A stretch of 64,000 bases of DNA from assembly GCA_032718475.1 (NCBI GenBank), contig JAUCBJ010007725.1, positions 1 through 64,000 on the forward strand. Direction: 5' to 3'. How positions within the stretch are numbered: position 1 is the first letter of the stretch; each line of letters opens with the position of its first letter. The notes below the pieces were generated by a model, which searched no databases, had not been told where the DNA came from, and was given only the letters and a program-made list of their open reading frames with translations. A program made the position numbers and the translations under genes. The DNA comes from Nemertoderma westbladi. Lineage: Eukaryota > Animalia > Xenacoelomorpha. Shown here one piece after another: positions 1 through 12,840 of this stretch.

Positions 1-2224
1 ACTAACGCGGACTTAGGGTCAGAACAAGGACCACGATTTCATAGACTCAATTCAACAGATGGCGGCCTAATTCTGAAGAATTTCCTACTAAACTACAATT
101 TTACAGCTATAGACACACTTGAAGATGTGACAGGACCAGCATATACCTATATTGGGGGTGGTCATCGGAATTATATCGACCACATTGTGATGCAATCAAC
201 GGACCATTTAAAGTCATAGGGGGATACATCATACGATGAAGCAGATAACTTTTCAGATCATTTACCAATCGTGATTTCAATCAACTGTGATGCTGTAAAG
301 GAAGAGTTTGCGGGAAAAACTGCTATAAAACAGACGCCTACACGATTTAATTGGAGAATCGCATCAAAAAAGCAGAAAGACCAGTACTGTCGAACCTTAG
401 AAAATTATCTGAGTGGATGGCATCAATCGCTATCGACACCATGGACGACCTCAATACTCTTGCCAACAACATTAACTCTGCATTACACAAATCAGCACTT
501 GAAACTATTAATGTAATCAAAAAGAAAAGGATAACTAAAAATTATAGGATTATCAGTCAGTGAAGAAACACACAAGTTGAAGAGAAACCCAAAGGGTTTC
601 TGGCGAAAATTTTCAAACAATTGTATTCCAAGCACACCGCCAACTCAGATTCAGGATCAAATACGTCAGTCATATAGGGACTAAATTACAAGAAACGTTA
701 CTGGCACTACCAACATCACCGATAGTTTTGCAAGAATATTACCATACCATACCGTACCTACCATATCTGAAGAAACTATAAGGAAATCTATATTATTTTT
801 ATCGGTAGGGAGTCGCTCAATTCTATAACAGTGGAGCACCTTTTATCTGCCAACCCCGAGACTATGGTCACCTAGTGTTGAGAATTGAATCAATTTTTAC
901 TAATTTAATTAAAATTATGAAAATCATTCAGTTACAGTTTCAGTTACAGTGTAATTATAGTTACAGTTATCAACACTAGTCACCTCTTAGAAACTATGTA
1001 TAATGCATGTATACGTATCGGCATGGTACCGGCTGTTTTGGAGAAACTATCACAACAAGTTTATACAAAGGGAAGAGGAAGGATCCCATGAGAACTAACT
1101 CTTATAGACCGATTGCTAGCATATGTCTATTAGCAAAGGTACTCTAGCGTATAATATACAAGGGTTTCCTTGAGAATGTCCTCCGAAGAACAAGTGGGAT
1201 GCGAGGCCATCTACTGGTTCACTACTACAGCATCGCCATGGTGTACCTAAAGTTTGGTAATCGGATTGACACGGTTGGCATAAATATGCCCAGAGGGATC
1301 ATGCAACTCGATGCAAGGATCATTACTGTCATCCTGTTTATTTATTTTTTATACCATCAGCGTCATGCAGCCACTAACTGAATCCGGACTGGGGTGCATG
1401 ATCAACGATATCTGGTTTGGCTGCATAATGTATGCTGACGATGTATTTCTTTTAGCCATACTACTAAATAAGAAATTGAATGTCTAAACTGTTTGAAACT
1501 CTAAATGCCACTGGATGTACAGCGAAGTTAACACTAACACTCACATACCGTGTTTCCTCAGTATTAATGGACAGCTAATAACAGAAAGTCAGACAATCGA
1601 ATTCCTGGGCTAAACTCTTTCATCCTACAAAACCAGCGCACACGCCGCCGCAGAGTGCACTCAGCACATATGGAAATTGGGAGGAATTTTTCAGCAAAAG
1701 GGGTGTACATCGCAATGGTTAGATACCGAAACATTATCATATCTCTGGAAGTCACTTTTTATCCCAAGCTTGACATACAAGCTAAAGTACACCGTACACG
1801 AACGGTAGCCTGAGCAAGAATGCATATACAGGCTCTACGCCGACTTCTGCACGTTGGAGTCTATATGAACAACGACACATTATACGAGCTCCTGAACATG
1901 TTGCCTCTTAGCACCATGGCCTATCGTAGCGCTGTTTCAACATCATTGCAAATACTTAGATGCCCTATATTCACCCTACAAACTAGTTTCCGATATATCG
2001 CTTTGGATAACGCGACATCCCGTACGTTATACAGGGGCCTCCTTATGAGCACCTACTTACGAGCAAAGGAAACGTACCAAATCCCTTTTACGTGGTCAAT
2101 ACTAACATGTGAATATGACAAACTTGCACTTATGACAGGATTTCAAACTGGCAACAATAACTCACTTAACGACATAATTTGTGCTAATTTCGTAAAGAAC
2201 AGCTATGATATCTGCATGTTGTAA
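1..2224 (+). pseudogene. Decayed APE-endonuclease/reverse-transcriptase non-LTR retrotransposon (LINE) ORF2 remnant, continuing beyond the left edge
   Basis: Frame 1 from base 1 reads xNADLG...YTYIGGGHRNYIDHIV*...FSDHLPI (APE motifs, SDH at 253). Then ITVEHL (~825), NSYRPIAS (~1098) and SGLGCMINDIWFGCIMYADDVFLL (YADD at 1431) are RT motifs. Many stops and frameshifts; the right boundary is approximate. Confidence 0.85.
873..978. mobile_element. 106-bp MITE inserted in the LINE remnant
   Basis: TIRs TAGTGTTGAgAAtTG / CAgTTaTCAACACTA; 6-bp TSD GTCACC at 867-872 and 979-984. Removing it rejoins LINE-like coding sequence (DYGHLLETMYNACIRIGMVP). Confidence 0.8.
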
Positions 2225-3308
2225 CTTTTAAAACATAATCGAATATTGTAATTTTACGGGTTTTAAGAATGTTCCTTGCTGTATTGCATACTCTTAATTG
2301 GTGTTAATTCGAACCGTATACAAACATATATATATATCGCGATAACTATTTTAATTAATGTTATTATAACGTGTCGTCCCTACACTATACTAACCGTATC
2401 CCACATTGATTGTATAATTACTGGTGCCATTTATAAGCTTTATTTTCGACAACTAATGACTTCTATTTTTATTCAATAATTTAGTAGTGATAGTGATCTT
2501 GATAGTTTTACTATGATTTTATAAAAGTTTATTTAACCCATAATCGTGTAATTGCTCCAATTTTAACAATAAATGCCAGCTAGTCTGGTTTGCGCTTATG
2601 TGAGCGAGTAGTATATATTACTATAAGTGAGTCGGATTATAAAAATTTAAATAAATATTATATTAATATTAATTGGATATTTATTTGCGAAATAAAATAT
2701 GGTCTGTTTGTTTGTCGTCACCCATAATTAACTTGGGGAACGACAAGGTTTAGCAGATTGAACAATATTCGTTGGAGGGGGTGGGAGGGAGGGGGGGGGG
2801 GTTGTAATCTGTGAAAACAGTTGAATATTTTCCTATTAATTGCTAGTATTACCTTTGGGGGCTGCCAAGTTCCAACTGGAACGAATTAAAACCAAGAAAC
2901 AAGCGGTACCTCTTCCTTATATTGCTGAACCAAAAAACAGGCGGTACCTCTTCTTTATATTGGTACAGTAGTTGGCGTTTTTTATGGCGCAGAACACATG
3001 TTTTAGTTTCGTTCTAATTCTTCGAATTGAACCAATTCTTTATTGAGTTAGTTTGTTAATATTGCAAACTATTAATATTAATTGCCTAAATATTACTGAA
3101 ATAAATAGCTTGTATTCAACTTTCTAATATATATTAATATTATATTTATAATTGTATTCTATTTTTGCTCTATATATATCAGTGATTTGTATTCCAAGGT
3201 ACTGCTGTACGTATCAATTTTGCGCGTATTACTTGAGAAACACCAACATAGTCAATTTATTGAAAAATTAGTAAACAGTATATATATATATAATAATTTA
3301 ATTAAATA

Positions 3309-4568
3309 ATGACAACAAATGAGACCGAGATTGTTGTACGAGGATGGAGATTCTTCTCGTTGGTTGGTTTCCTTATAGCTTTCCAATTAATCCCGGGTTG
3401 GTGTACCAATCTAATGGAGTCGTTCTTCCCTATTGTCGTCCAACAACGGGGGTGGTCTAACACAATGATTGGCGCTCTACTCTCCGCCTTCGCTCTAGTC
3501 AGACTGTTGATCTATATTGTTTGCCCACATGCTATTAGTAACTGGGGGACCAGAATTTCTATGGGAGTGTTCGGAGTTATAGGATCAATCTCGCAATTGG
3601 CATTTGGATTTGTGGAATATATAGCCATAAATGAGTTTGGGTTGTATATTTTCGCGTGTTTTTTGCTTCGAATAATTGAAGGCATAGGTCTCAACATAAG
3701 TTATACGTATTCCTACAATTTATTGGTGGAGTTGATGCCAAACCATAGAAGTTTTTTAAGTGGTATAATTCTTATATTTGGTTCCCTGGGGTATACCCTT
3801 TCGCCAATGTTCGGTTCAGCCGTTTATGTGGCGTTGGGGTTTGAATATCCTTTTGTAATTTCTGGTTTGATGTTCCTCGTAATCGTTCTTTACATTTGGT
3901 TCGAGGCACCTGACCATCTCCACGATAGATGCGCAAACTCGGAAGATCGGCCAACATATATTGGTATACTCAGGAACCCAGGAATTACAGTTATATATAT
4001 TCTGGAATTATTTGGATCCATTATGAATTATTTTATTATGGCTAACTATGCGGCTTACGTCCATAGCTACTACCATGCAACACAATACAACATAGGTCTC
4101 TATTTTATGATTTATCCTGTACTCCAAAGCTCTATTAGCTTGTTGCTCACCGTTTTGCTGAATAGATTGACTACAGTTTACCCAACTATAATAGGAATAA
4201 TATTAATGTCAGCATCCATGCACCTAATAGGGCCAACTGAAACCCTCGGTATTCCATATTCCTTAACTATTTCTCTTATTGGAATGTCGTTACTTGGAAC
4301 CGGTGCTGGAATCTTTTTTGTTCCGGCATTTGATTCACAAGCTCGACTGGCCGTGAACATCTGCGGTTACGCAGACAACGTAGATACACGTGCTGTCCTG
4401 CAACAGGGACTTAGAATATCTTACTCTGTTGGTTACATAGTGGGGGCAGCGTTTGGGGGTCTAATAAATGATCTCATAGGGTTCCAAGTTGCATCCTCGA
4501 TACTTAGTCTTATTGGACTGCCGTTTGTAATCGCCTTGATTTGCTTATGTTTCTGTCAACTACGTTAA
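3309..4568 (+). CDS. SLC18B1: Intronless MFS transporter, SLC18B1-like (419 aa)
   Basis: About 12 hydrophobic segments. FFPIVVQQRGWSNTMIG, FLLRIIEGIG, GYTLSPMFGSAVYVALGFEYPF and GAAFGGLINDLIGF resemble SLC18B1 segments. The MFS call is firm; orthology is not proven. Confidence 0.8.
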   Translation: MTTNETEIVVRGWRFFSLVGFLIAFQLIPGWCTNLMESFFPIVVQQRGWSNTMIGALLSAFALVRLLIYIVCPHAISNWGTRISMGVFGVIGSISQLAFGFVEYIAINEFGLYIFACFLLRIIEGIGLNISYTYSYNLLVELMPNHRSFLSGIILIFGSLGYTLSPMFGSAVYVALGFEYPFVISGLMFLVIVLYIWFEAPDHLHDRCANSEDRPTYIGILRNPGITVIYILELFGSIMNYFIMANYAAYVHSYYHATQYNIGLYFMIYPVLQSSISLLLTVLLNRLTTVYPTIIGIILMSASMHLIGPTETLGIPYSLTISLIGMSLLGTGAGIFFVPAFDSQARLAVNICGYADNVDTRAVLQQGLRISYSVGYIVGAAFGGLINDLIGFQVASSILSLIGLPFVIALICLCFCQLR

Positions 4569-5222
4569 TGAATAACAGAACAAGTTACCAACTCATGATG
4601 TAAAAGCAAATGGACAATTACTGTAAATAATAACGATGTACAACATTGGGTGCAGCTTCATGCCCCGAGTGTATTTACGTACCGAACGAGCGCAGCGAGG
4701 GAGGTTTAAATAAATAAACAAGGGTCTTAAATGATGAACTGAATAGCCCCCCCCCCCCCCCCCCCTTATAATTATGTAAGAAATTATGTTACTATTTGTC
4801 AACTTTTATGTGTTCTGAACAATTGTAAATAATCTTACATTTAACATACCGGTAATTGGATATCATCAATGGAGAATTAATACTCAAGACGTATTCTTGA
4901 ACCTTATTGTTACTAAGTTAGTATTTCGGTAGTTTATGCATTGAACAATATTAGGGAATATATTAACTACATTGTTAGAAATTGTTACCTAATAAAAAAT
5001 AGATATGGGTGTGGGGGTTGGGTTGGAGGATAGTTTCAGTACACTATAGGCTGTCGCGCAGCACGAGAGCCTATATAAGAAAGTGTAAATAATATCCATT
5101 ATAGATAAACGAAAACATCCCAAAATATCAATGAGTGATTCTTTCAGTTTGCGTTAATCTGGCAGTAAAAAACAGCGGTCCCTTTCAGTTAGCCATAATT
5201 AATTGTATTAATTGTAATTGTA

Positions 5223-5610
5223 TGGGAGGCGGGTCACCCGTCACCATGACCCCGTGGTCACAGGGCCGAACCCTAGCATGGGATGCCAGATGCCACAGTG
5301 GTAGATCCGCTGGCCCACAGCCACATTCAACACACAATCCTCGCTGGGGGGCGCACTACAGAGGGGGCAGAGCAAACTAAAAGTACAAAGTATCGCGACC
5401 TAATGGACCGGGGCCACTTCTTTCACCACGCGGCCTTTGAGACCGTTAGGCCGCCCCGGGCCGGAGACCTCCACCTTCCTCCGGGAGATCGGCAATCGCC
5501 TCCATAACGCCACCCACGAACCGCGGACGCACCAGTTTCTGCTGCAACGCCTAGAGATGGCAATCCTGATCGGCAATGCGGCATCAGTGATGGGAACTGC
5601 TGCCCACATA
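5223..5610 (+). pseudogene. 5'-truncated fragment of an RLE-type (CRE/R2-group) non-LTR retrotransposon, C-terminal endonuclease region
   Basis: Three frames give TPWSQGRTLAWDA / DATVVD...AEQTKSTKY...FET / GPETSTFLREIGNRL...FLLQRLEMAILIGNAASVMGT, the typical RLE C-terminus with frameshifts. Confidence 0.75.
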
Positions 5611-5629
5611 CTTCGGTCTATTCGGGGAC

Positions 5630-6067
5630 TAAACTCCTCTATAAGTTTTATTTTCTGTCTGTCTGTCGGAATTTGGGGTAAGATTTCGTCATGTCGACAC
5701 CCCTGGCCAATTTTTTTACCTGTCACTTTTTGTGTTTTTTAATAATTTGTTGATACTGGTGAATGTTCTAGAACATTAGTAGATATATTTTTTCATGGTA
5801 GCTAAGCCAACCCTAACTTATTTTTTATTTTCAAAAAACACTAGCTCATAAAAAAATATATCTACTAATGTTCTAGAACATTCATCAATATAAAAAAAAC
5901 ACTAAAAACACACAAAAAGTGACAGGTAAAAAAAAATAGCTTTCAAAACTATTTTTTTTCCTGATCAGTCCTACTTACTGTACTTTAGTTTATTAAAGTG
6001 GGGAGTTGGCCAGAGAAATAAGCTTTCAAAGATTATACCGACCGACCGACCGACAGACACGAGTTTA
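5630..6067. mobile_element. Foldback/MITE-like element with nested inverted repeats
   Basis: The inner arm TTTTTTTACCTGTCACTTTTTGTG...GAATGTTCTAGAACATTAGTAGATATATTTTTT (5711-5793) is mirrored at ~5850-5936. The outer (TCTG)n-TCGG (~5654) is mirrored by CCGAC..CAGACA (~6038-6058). CTGGCCAA pairs with TTGGCCAG. Confidence 0.65.
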
Positions 6068-6188
6068 GATTATTGGTAGGCCTAATCGGCGTGCTAAGTC
6101 TGTCGATAGCCCCCCCTATCTGCACTTATTAGATTAAGGCTCGAACCCGCTACCTATAGTCCGAGAGACCATCCATCATCCTACCCAC

Positions 6189-6419
6189 CTGGTCCAACAG
6201 CTGCCGCACCCGGAGTTGCAGCTCAGAGAGTTTCTCCTTGGTTCGGATCTGTTCGTAGTCGTTAGCGTGTTCCCCCACCTCGATGTCCAGATGGACTCTT
6301 AGACGACCGCTGGCGAACCACTTGGTGGTGTTTGAGTAAAGACAGATGGAATGCTCACCGGGTAGGTGGGAAGTGAAAGTAAATCGACCCTCGGCCTGGT
6401 AGGTTTTACTGAGAATAAC
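6189..6419 (-). CDS. TMED9: TMED4/TMED9 (p24-alpha, emp24/gp25L) exon 2
   Basis: Acceptor cttctccacag| and donor CAG|GTGGGT; 231 bp, phase 0. Translates [77 protein letters not shown]. Confidence 0.93.
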
Positions 6420-7169
6420 CTGTGGAGAAGAAGGTTATGTTACTAGAAGCAAGTCAGCAGTGCATTACAACGATACCCACAATCCGGTCGGGTCAGGGCA
6501 GTCTTATAGCAAGCAGCTAACAGTAAACAGGGGGGTACAAATAAGTGTATGTGGGTGTGTGTGGGGTATGGGGGTGTGTGTACCAATGTAAAAAAAAAGT
6601 AAGCAAACCCTAAAAATTATTTACAGTACGCCTAATCAGGTATTTAACAAACAAAGCATATTATCATTAGGCCTACTGTATTATGATCTTATAAACTCCC
6701 AACTCAAAATAGTTCTGCAATGTAGATTGCAATCGAGATTATATAAAAAAAAAGAACTAGGCCAGATTTTGAACTTGAAATAAAATCGATTGCGACAAAA
6801 AAACAAACATTTTGTATCGTGCTTTTTAAAACTTGGGCTGGGACATACAATTCCCAATAACTAGGCCTATGTTATGTTACATTCGATCCTGATTACGGTC
6901 GGTCTGTCACCCCAATTTTTATACCAGTACGGAAGTCCCTTCTTCTCCGTTCTCTGCTTCTGCAGTCTTAACAACATTTTTCGCGCGTCAACCAGCAGTC
7001 CATCCTGCGATTTGTGCCTCCTCCCCAACTCCAACTGAGAGCCTCCCGGCTCCCACCAGGAATATGGACAATCAGTGACACCCGTCAGCGGTCCGACCTT
7101 GTATCACCGGATACCGCCCGCGGCATCCACCCGGTACCGGTACCCAGTACCGTATCCTACTGAACTCAC

Positions 7170-7397
7170 ATTGCTATCTGGTCCGCGGATTAGTACATGC
7201 ATTCCGATACCTGGGCTGGAAGGCATGTAATCGTTGATTGTTTTATCGAATAGTTGCGTTTTGTATTTGCCTACAACCATCGTTTCGTCTGGAATTTCTT
7301 CGATGAAACATTTTTTCTCAGTTTCTCCGATGTGGAAGTATAAACCGCGGGTTGACTGAAGTGTCAAGAACAACACCAATAATGATGATAACATCAT
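7170..7397 (-). CDS. TMED9: TMED4/TMED9 (p24-alpha) exon 1: signal peptide and start of the GOLD domain
   Basis: [11 protein letters not shown]...[28 protein letters not shown]...GIGMHV; donor AAT|GTGAGT at 7170/7169; 228 bp, in phase with exon 2. Later exons were not found in the window. Confidence 0.93.
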
Positions 7398-8060
7398 GGT
7401 TCGTCAGTCATCAGTCAAGGAGACCACGACACGATCCACTATCATCTAATTACTGAATTAAAGATGTTTGCCGTTATTATAACTGATAGGATAATACTGC
7501 ATATATGACAGTATGATAGGACTGTAAGATATAGGCCTATTTTAGGATGTTAGGTATGTCAATAGTAGAGTATAATAGTTAGTTATCGCTTACCGGTATA
7601 TCGTACCGGTAGTAGGTACAGTATGTTTCTTATAAATTGCTATGATTTATTATCACAAGGTTTAGTTAGACAGATGTAATTATAGCAAATATAATACCCT
7701 CAAATTTGTATGTAAAATGCCATTTTCCTCCATGAAGCATCATGTATTTCTGTTCGAAACTTTTTTCATGATGAGGAACGAGATTAACAAGATTTATTAC
7801 GAGATAGAAATTGAAGTACAAACCTGATTGTAGTATTAATTCCTTAGAAATTTTTTTAAAGTAATATATAAAGATTATTAATTAATGGTAAATAACAATA
7901 ACAATGACAATAACCTGCACAGAATATTAATGAAATATGGCCAAAAAGTGGAGGAAAGACAGAAGACAAACATATATCGCTATAGTAAAATAGTGTTGAT
8001 AACCCTGCAAACTGTACAACCTGAAAATGCAAACTATTCAATACCAGCTGCAGGAAGTGT

Positions 8061-11000
8061 CTAGTTCTCGAGTGTAAATCGAGGTAGTGCAGCTCCATCC
8101 GTTACACCTGAGCACCGCCAACGTGACCTGGATGATCTAAAACAGGCACAGGTGGCCCTCAGCGTCGCAAATGACAGTCTGGTTCGGACCCAGCACATTA
8201 CCTGGGAGTAGGGTTTATCCCACTTGGTACTGAGGAACTCAGCCAGGCGGCGGAGGACCAGAGGCTGGGTACTCTGTACCCAGAACGCCATCTACTGTGG
8301 TAACCAAAGGGGAGAAGTCAGCCTGACGTTGTGTGCAAGCCTCCAGATATTTATTTTTCTTCTCTCTTTCTGCGCTGCTCAATAGCGACTGTACTGATCT
8401 GGTAGCATAAGAGTCAGAGTCAACAACTCGAATATCAAACAACGCCCTCCTCTGCAGCTGCCAGAATCCCCGTACAGATAAGTCACCTCGCAGTCCTTCC
8501 ATGTTGTGTTGCTCATCTGCCTCGCGGATGATGGGCTCTCTCTCTACTGATGCCTCCGAGAAGACCAGGCTAAAGAGCTCACCCTGGGCATCTCGCACCT
8601 CGTTGTGACGCAATGTTACTAAACCACCCTTCTTGCAATCCAAAGCGTGTGAGAGCGTGAATGCTGAACCGCAGCCATCACAGTTGGTGGGTGCACCCAC
8701 TAGAGGACGTCCATAGCGAAGACTGAGTCCATCCCTAAACTCATTGGCTGCCAGATCGAAGTTTTGTGACTTGAGTGGAAGTGCTGTCAGCCAACTCGAA
8801 GTCGATGATGAGGCCCTTCCAACTGCTCGTCGACGAGATGGGGGTAATTCGTTCTGCACCGAATCAAGGATGTTGTCGGCGTGTTCACATGCCTGCTTGG
8901 AGTGGGATTGCCGTGCCTCCTTCACGGAGCGTCCATGTTCATAAAAGTTAATTTCTGATCGACTTTTGATTGCTTCACATGCCACTTGCGTTGCGGATCG
9001 AGAAGTCTCTAGTGAGGTAGTTGCTGTCTGAGTCGGATCAGGGATTCCCAAGCCACCTTTGCCTACTGGTAAGGAAAGCAGCTTCCGTTCCACATTGGAA
9101 ACTGAACCACCCATAACCGCTGGAAGGAACTTGTCACGCAAGGCGTTCTCTATTGGTGTATACAGTTCCTTTGTGCTAGATGACATCACTCGCTGGAGAA
9201 ATCCCCATTGAAATTGCAGTGAGCGTGTTATGGCTGAGTAGGCGGCTTGTGGTTGGTTGACGGCAATCTCTGCAAGGCGTTCTATGTCAGCCTCCCACTT
9301 GGAAACCTTTGAAGATATATATTGATTTAGGAGACTGTTATCACCGACGAATCCACCCAGAGTCCTGGTACCATTTACCACACCACTCCCATCCACATTG
9401 ATGCCGAGTCCACTGAATAAATGGCGTGCAGTTGTCTCATCACCACTATCAACGACAAGGGTGCATTTATCAGGCTCTGGGAAATACCCATAGGATGGTC
9501 CACGCTTTATGAGACGAATGAACCACTCTTGAAGCTTTATCAATTCGCCCACGTTCTCTGAATCATCTGCAAACCATACCTGATTATATTCGTCAGATTT
9601 CAGTTCTAGGATAAGGGGGTAGACAGCGACAGCATATCCCAGCATTGACAGTGGGTCTCCCTGTGTGAATCCTTCTCTGCTGAGTAAATGGAGAGTTCCG
9701 GAAGGCCCATGGAGAACCAGAATTGAGTAACCTCGGTAGGTATTAAAAAAGAATCGAGCACATCGAGGCCAGAAAATTCGAATATTCCACAGAGCTGTGA
9801 TTCTATTGATGGAATTGAAAGCGTTCTTCGCATCGACTAATAACACTCCCCATCCCTGACCAGTGTGTTCATCCCAGAGGTCTCTAATGACATGTATTGC
9901 CGACTCTATTCCAACAGACAACCCACTACACAGTTGGTCGACACCACAGAGTTCTTGCACGTCACCACCTGTTGCATCAGCCATACACTTCCCCATAACC
10001 CGTCTTAGTGATTCCCCGATCCCTATTGGACGTACCCCAGGATACTTGTTTAACGCAATCAGTCTACTAGCCATGAGAGCTCGTATACTCACCCATTCAA
10101 CACTACCATTGGCTAGCCTTCGGATAAGACTAGCTACTGCCTCACGTAGTCGCTCACTCTGGGCACCTCTGTAGAGGAGCATATCACGCCAATGAACAGA
10201 ATCTGCCCCACCCGGTCCAGCGCCGCCTTGTAGTTTATGGGCCACTGCTTCCACATGAGTTGCAGTAATATCAACTGGCACCATAGTTGGAAGATCTACC
10301 ATATCATAACCAAACAGACTATCCAGTTTCGGTGGTGATGAGTCAGGGTGTTTGCATTGAAGGACATCCAGCACTTGTTTAACTTCCCCCTTGATTTCAA
10401 TCTTGGATAGGGGGTCTAATACTCCTCCCACACTTCTCTCAGTAACCCAGCGCACAGCTGCTCGGACTCTGCCTTGGAGCATGAGTTTAGTAAATACTCG
10501 CTCTGTATGCTGGGGCTCCAGTTGAGCGGAGACTCTTTTGGTTTTGTTTAAACGATTGCAGCGCTTAAATTCACTCATGAGTTCGTCGAATTTCGATTCA
10601 TGCCACATGTCGATTCTACGCTGCAGTAGTCGGCGGATATCGGAACCCTTTACTATGGCTTTCTCCCGTTGTAGCATGAGGGACTCAAACACCAAAATGC
10701 GCTCAGAGGTTGTTACATCTGATGCCAGTTTTTCCACCTCAATGGACAGAGCTGACACGAAGTGTCGGCCAACTGCACCACCGGGGACAATGTATAGTGA
10801 TGGTACAGTGTTATCCGTCACCTGGCACCAACGTTTATGCCACACAGACTCGGCACATAGGTCTTTGTTGTGGGTCAGTTTAGCTCCATATGCACGTTCC
10901 ATCAGTCTGTCTGCTGATGGATCATCCAATATGTTTGTGGATATTGGTGAACCGCACTGACTGACACTGGGCATGACACCAATCTGCCTGCCACTGGGTA

Positions 11001-12390
11001 GTGATATGGACTGACCATCCCTGAGTATTGGTATACCAGAATGACCATCGACAGACCGACCGAGACCTGACTGAGCTGGTATATGGGTTGGTGCTCCGGG
11101 AGGACGGTCCCCATATTCACTGAAGCTAGACTGAACAACACCAGAATGATTGGCGCCAGACTGACTGACACCAGTGCCAGAACCGGACTGATTGATGCCA
11201 GACTGACTGACACCTGGGCCAGCACTTGACTTACTGACACCAGGCTGACCAGTACCATACTGACTTACCCCAATCTGACCAGCACCGGGCTGATTGATAC
11301 CAGACTGTCGAATGCCGGAATGACCGGCACTGGATTGACTGCCCCCAGACTGATCGATACCAGACTGGTCAATGTCAGCCTGACTAACCTCAATCTGACC
11401 AACCCCAGACTGACCGACACCGGACTGATGAGTGACTTCGTCAATACCAGGCTGACCAGCAGCGAAACCGGACAGACCAGCAACAATATCAACTGATGCA
11501 ACGTCCTGACCAACTGTGAAACTGGACTGGCTAACTTCATCATTACCAGACTGATCTATGACAGCGATACCGGAATGGCCAACAATGGCGATATTGGACT
11601 GACCAGCTACGAAACCAGCTTGACTAACTGTGAAACCCGACAGGCTGAGTTCATCTATACCGGGCTGACCAGCCTCATCAATACCATACTGACCAACAAT
11701 GGTGATACCAGTTGTTTCATTTGAATGACCAGCTGCGAAACCGGACTGAACAATGGCATCGCCAGAATGACTGATTGCCCACCCTGGGGCAGGTCCCATT
11801 GCGTTGTTCACGGACCTGATTAGCGTACTGTCCAAGTCAATGTAATCATTATCATTACCAGGCGTTGATGTGAGGTCCATTATTATGTCATCTAGTTCGT
11901 CCACAGTTGAGTTTGTATGCGTGTGAGTGTTTATATCTCGTGGTATATCATCATTGACTCGTAGTGAAGCAGTAGCCTGTCTCGCTCTTGGTGAATTCAT
12001 CATCAAGTAGTCGAGGACACCATGCCCCACAGAACCACCGTAGCCGGGAGGCATCGCTATGTGTTCTGTATCGGTGGAAGTCGGTCCATTCGCAGATATT
12101 GCTACAACCGACTGGACAGGAACTGGGGGAGTATCCTCTCGGACATATCTGCTAACATATGGGGCACTGTCGCTGTTAGCCGGCTGCGAAAAACTCGTTG
12201 GTGATGGATAAATTACATCTGCAGGATCGGAATGGGGGATATCGGGTTGGGACCTGATTATTCCGATCGAATTCGAGCAGCGCCCACCCACAGCAGGCGC
12301 ACATGTGGTACATGGACGTCCCAGCTTAACACATGCGCACCGGGAACATTTCCCTTTCATAGGGTGACACCCACAGCAGGCTGGCATCAT
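8061..12390 (-). mobile_element. CRE-like RLE non-LTR retrotransposon, single ORF, near full length, one frameshift near the C-terminus
   Basis: N-terminal Cys cluster (MMPACCGC...CSRCAC...CTTC...CSN) and a G/S/Q low-complexity region. RT motifs GVRPIGIGESLRR, VDAKNAFNSINR, GFTQGDPLS, WFADD. CCHC knuckle CDGC..HALDC, RHNEVRD, and RLE RGDLSVRGFW..FDIRV..EKKNKY. The C-terminus LRRLAEFLSTKWDKPYSQV..RLSFATLRAT is in another frame (8061-8291). Likely ATG at ~12390. Confidence 0.92.
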
Positions 12391-12520
12391 AGAACTGTAC
12401 CAAAATAAATCTAATAATATGAAATACCTAAACAGAGCGGTACTATATCGGCAATAGTGAATAATAATCAAACAAAAGTATTAAACAAAAATATTTAAGA
12501 AATAAATTAATGATTTAGTG

Positions 12521-12791
12521 ATAGCTGATGCACAATTTGATAGGTATGTAATTAAGCGATACGGCAATGGGGCAAATGATGATTAAAATAATGTTCTATT
12601 AGAAAATGAAGGATGCAGACAAATCAGGTAAAGCAATAATGAATAATGATGGGTGTTAAACAGAAATATTGAAGTAAATGAATGATTATAGCTGATGCAA
12701 CATTTGATAGGTATGTAATTAAGCGATACGGCAATGGGGCAAATGATGATTAGAATAATGTTCCTTTAGAAAGTGAAGGATGCAGACAAAT
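12521..12791. repeat. Direct duplication of ~104 bp upstream of the CRE-like ORF
   Basis: ATAGCTGATGCA..TTTGATAGGTATGTAATTAAGCGATACGGCAATGGGGCAAATGATGATT..GAAGGATGCAGACAAAT at 12521 and 12688. Confidence 0.85.
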
Positions 12792-12840
12792 AGTTGTTAA
12801 AGAGACAAACCTCGATACTGTAGATCGCTCTCCTTTGTTT

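Noticed and set aside
7104-7169. C-terminal 21 aa of the 97-aa ORF
   Set aside because: Read-through into intron 1 after the GTGAGT donor; TMED similarity resumes in exon 2.
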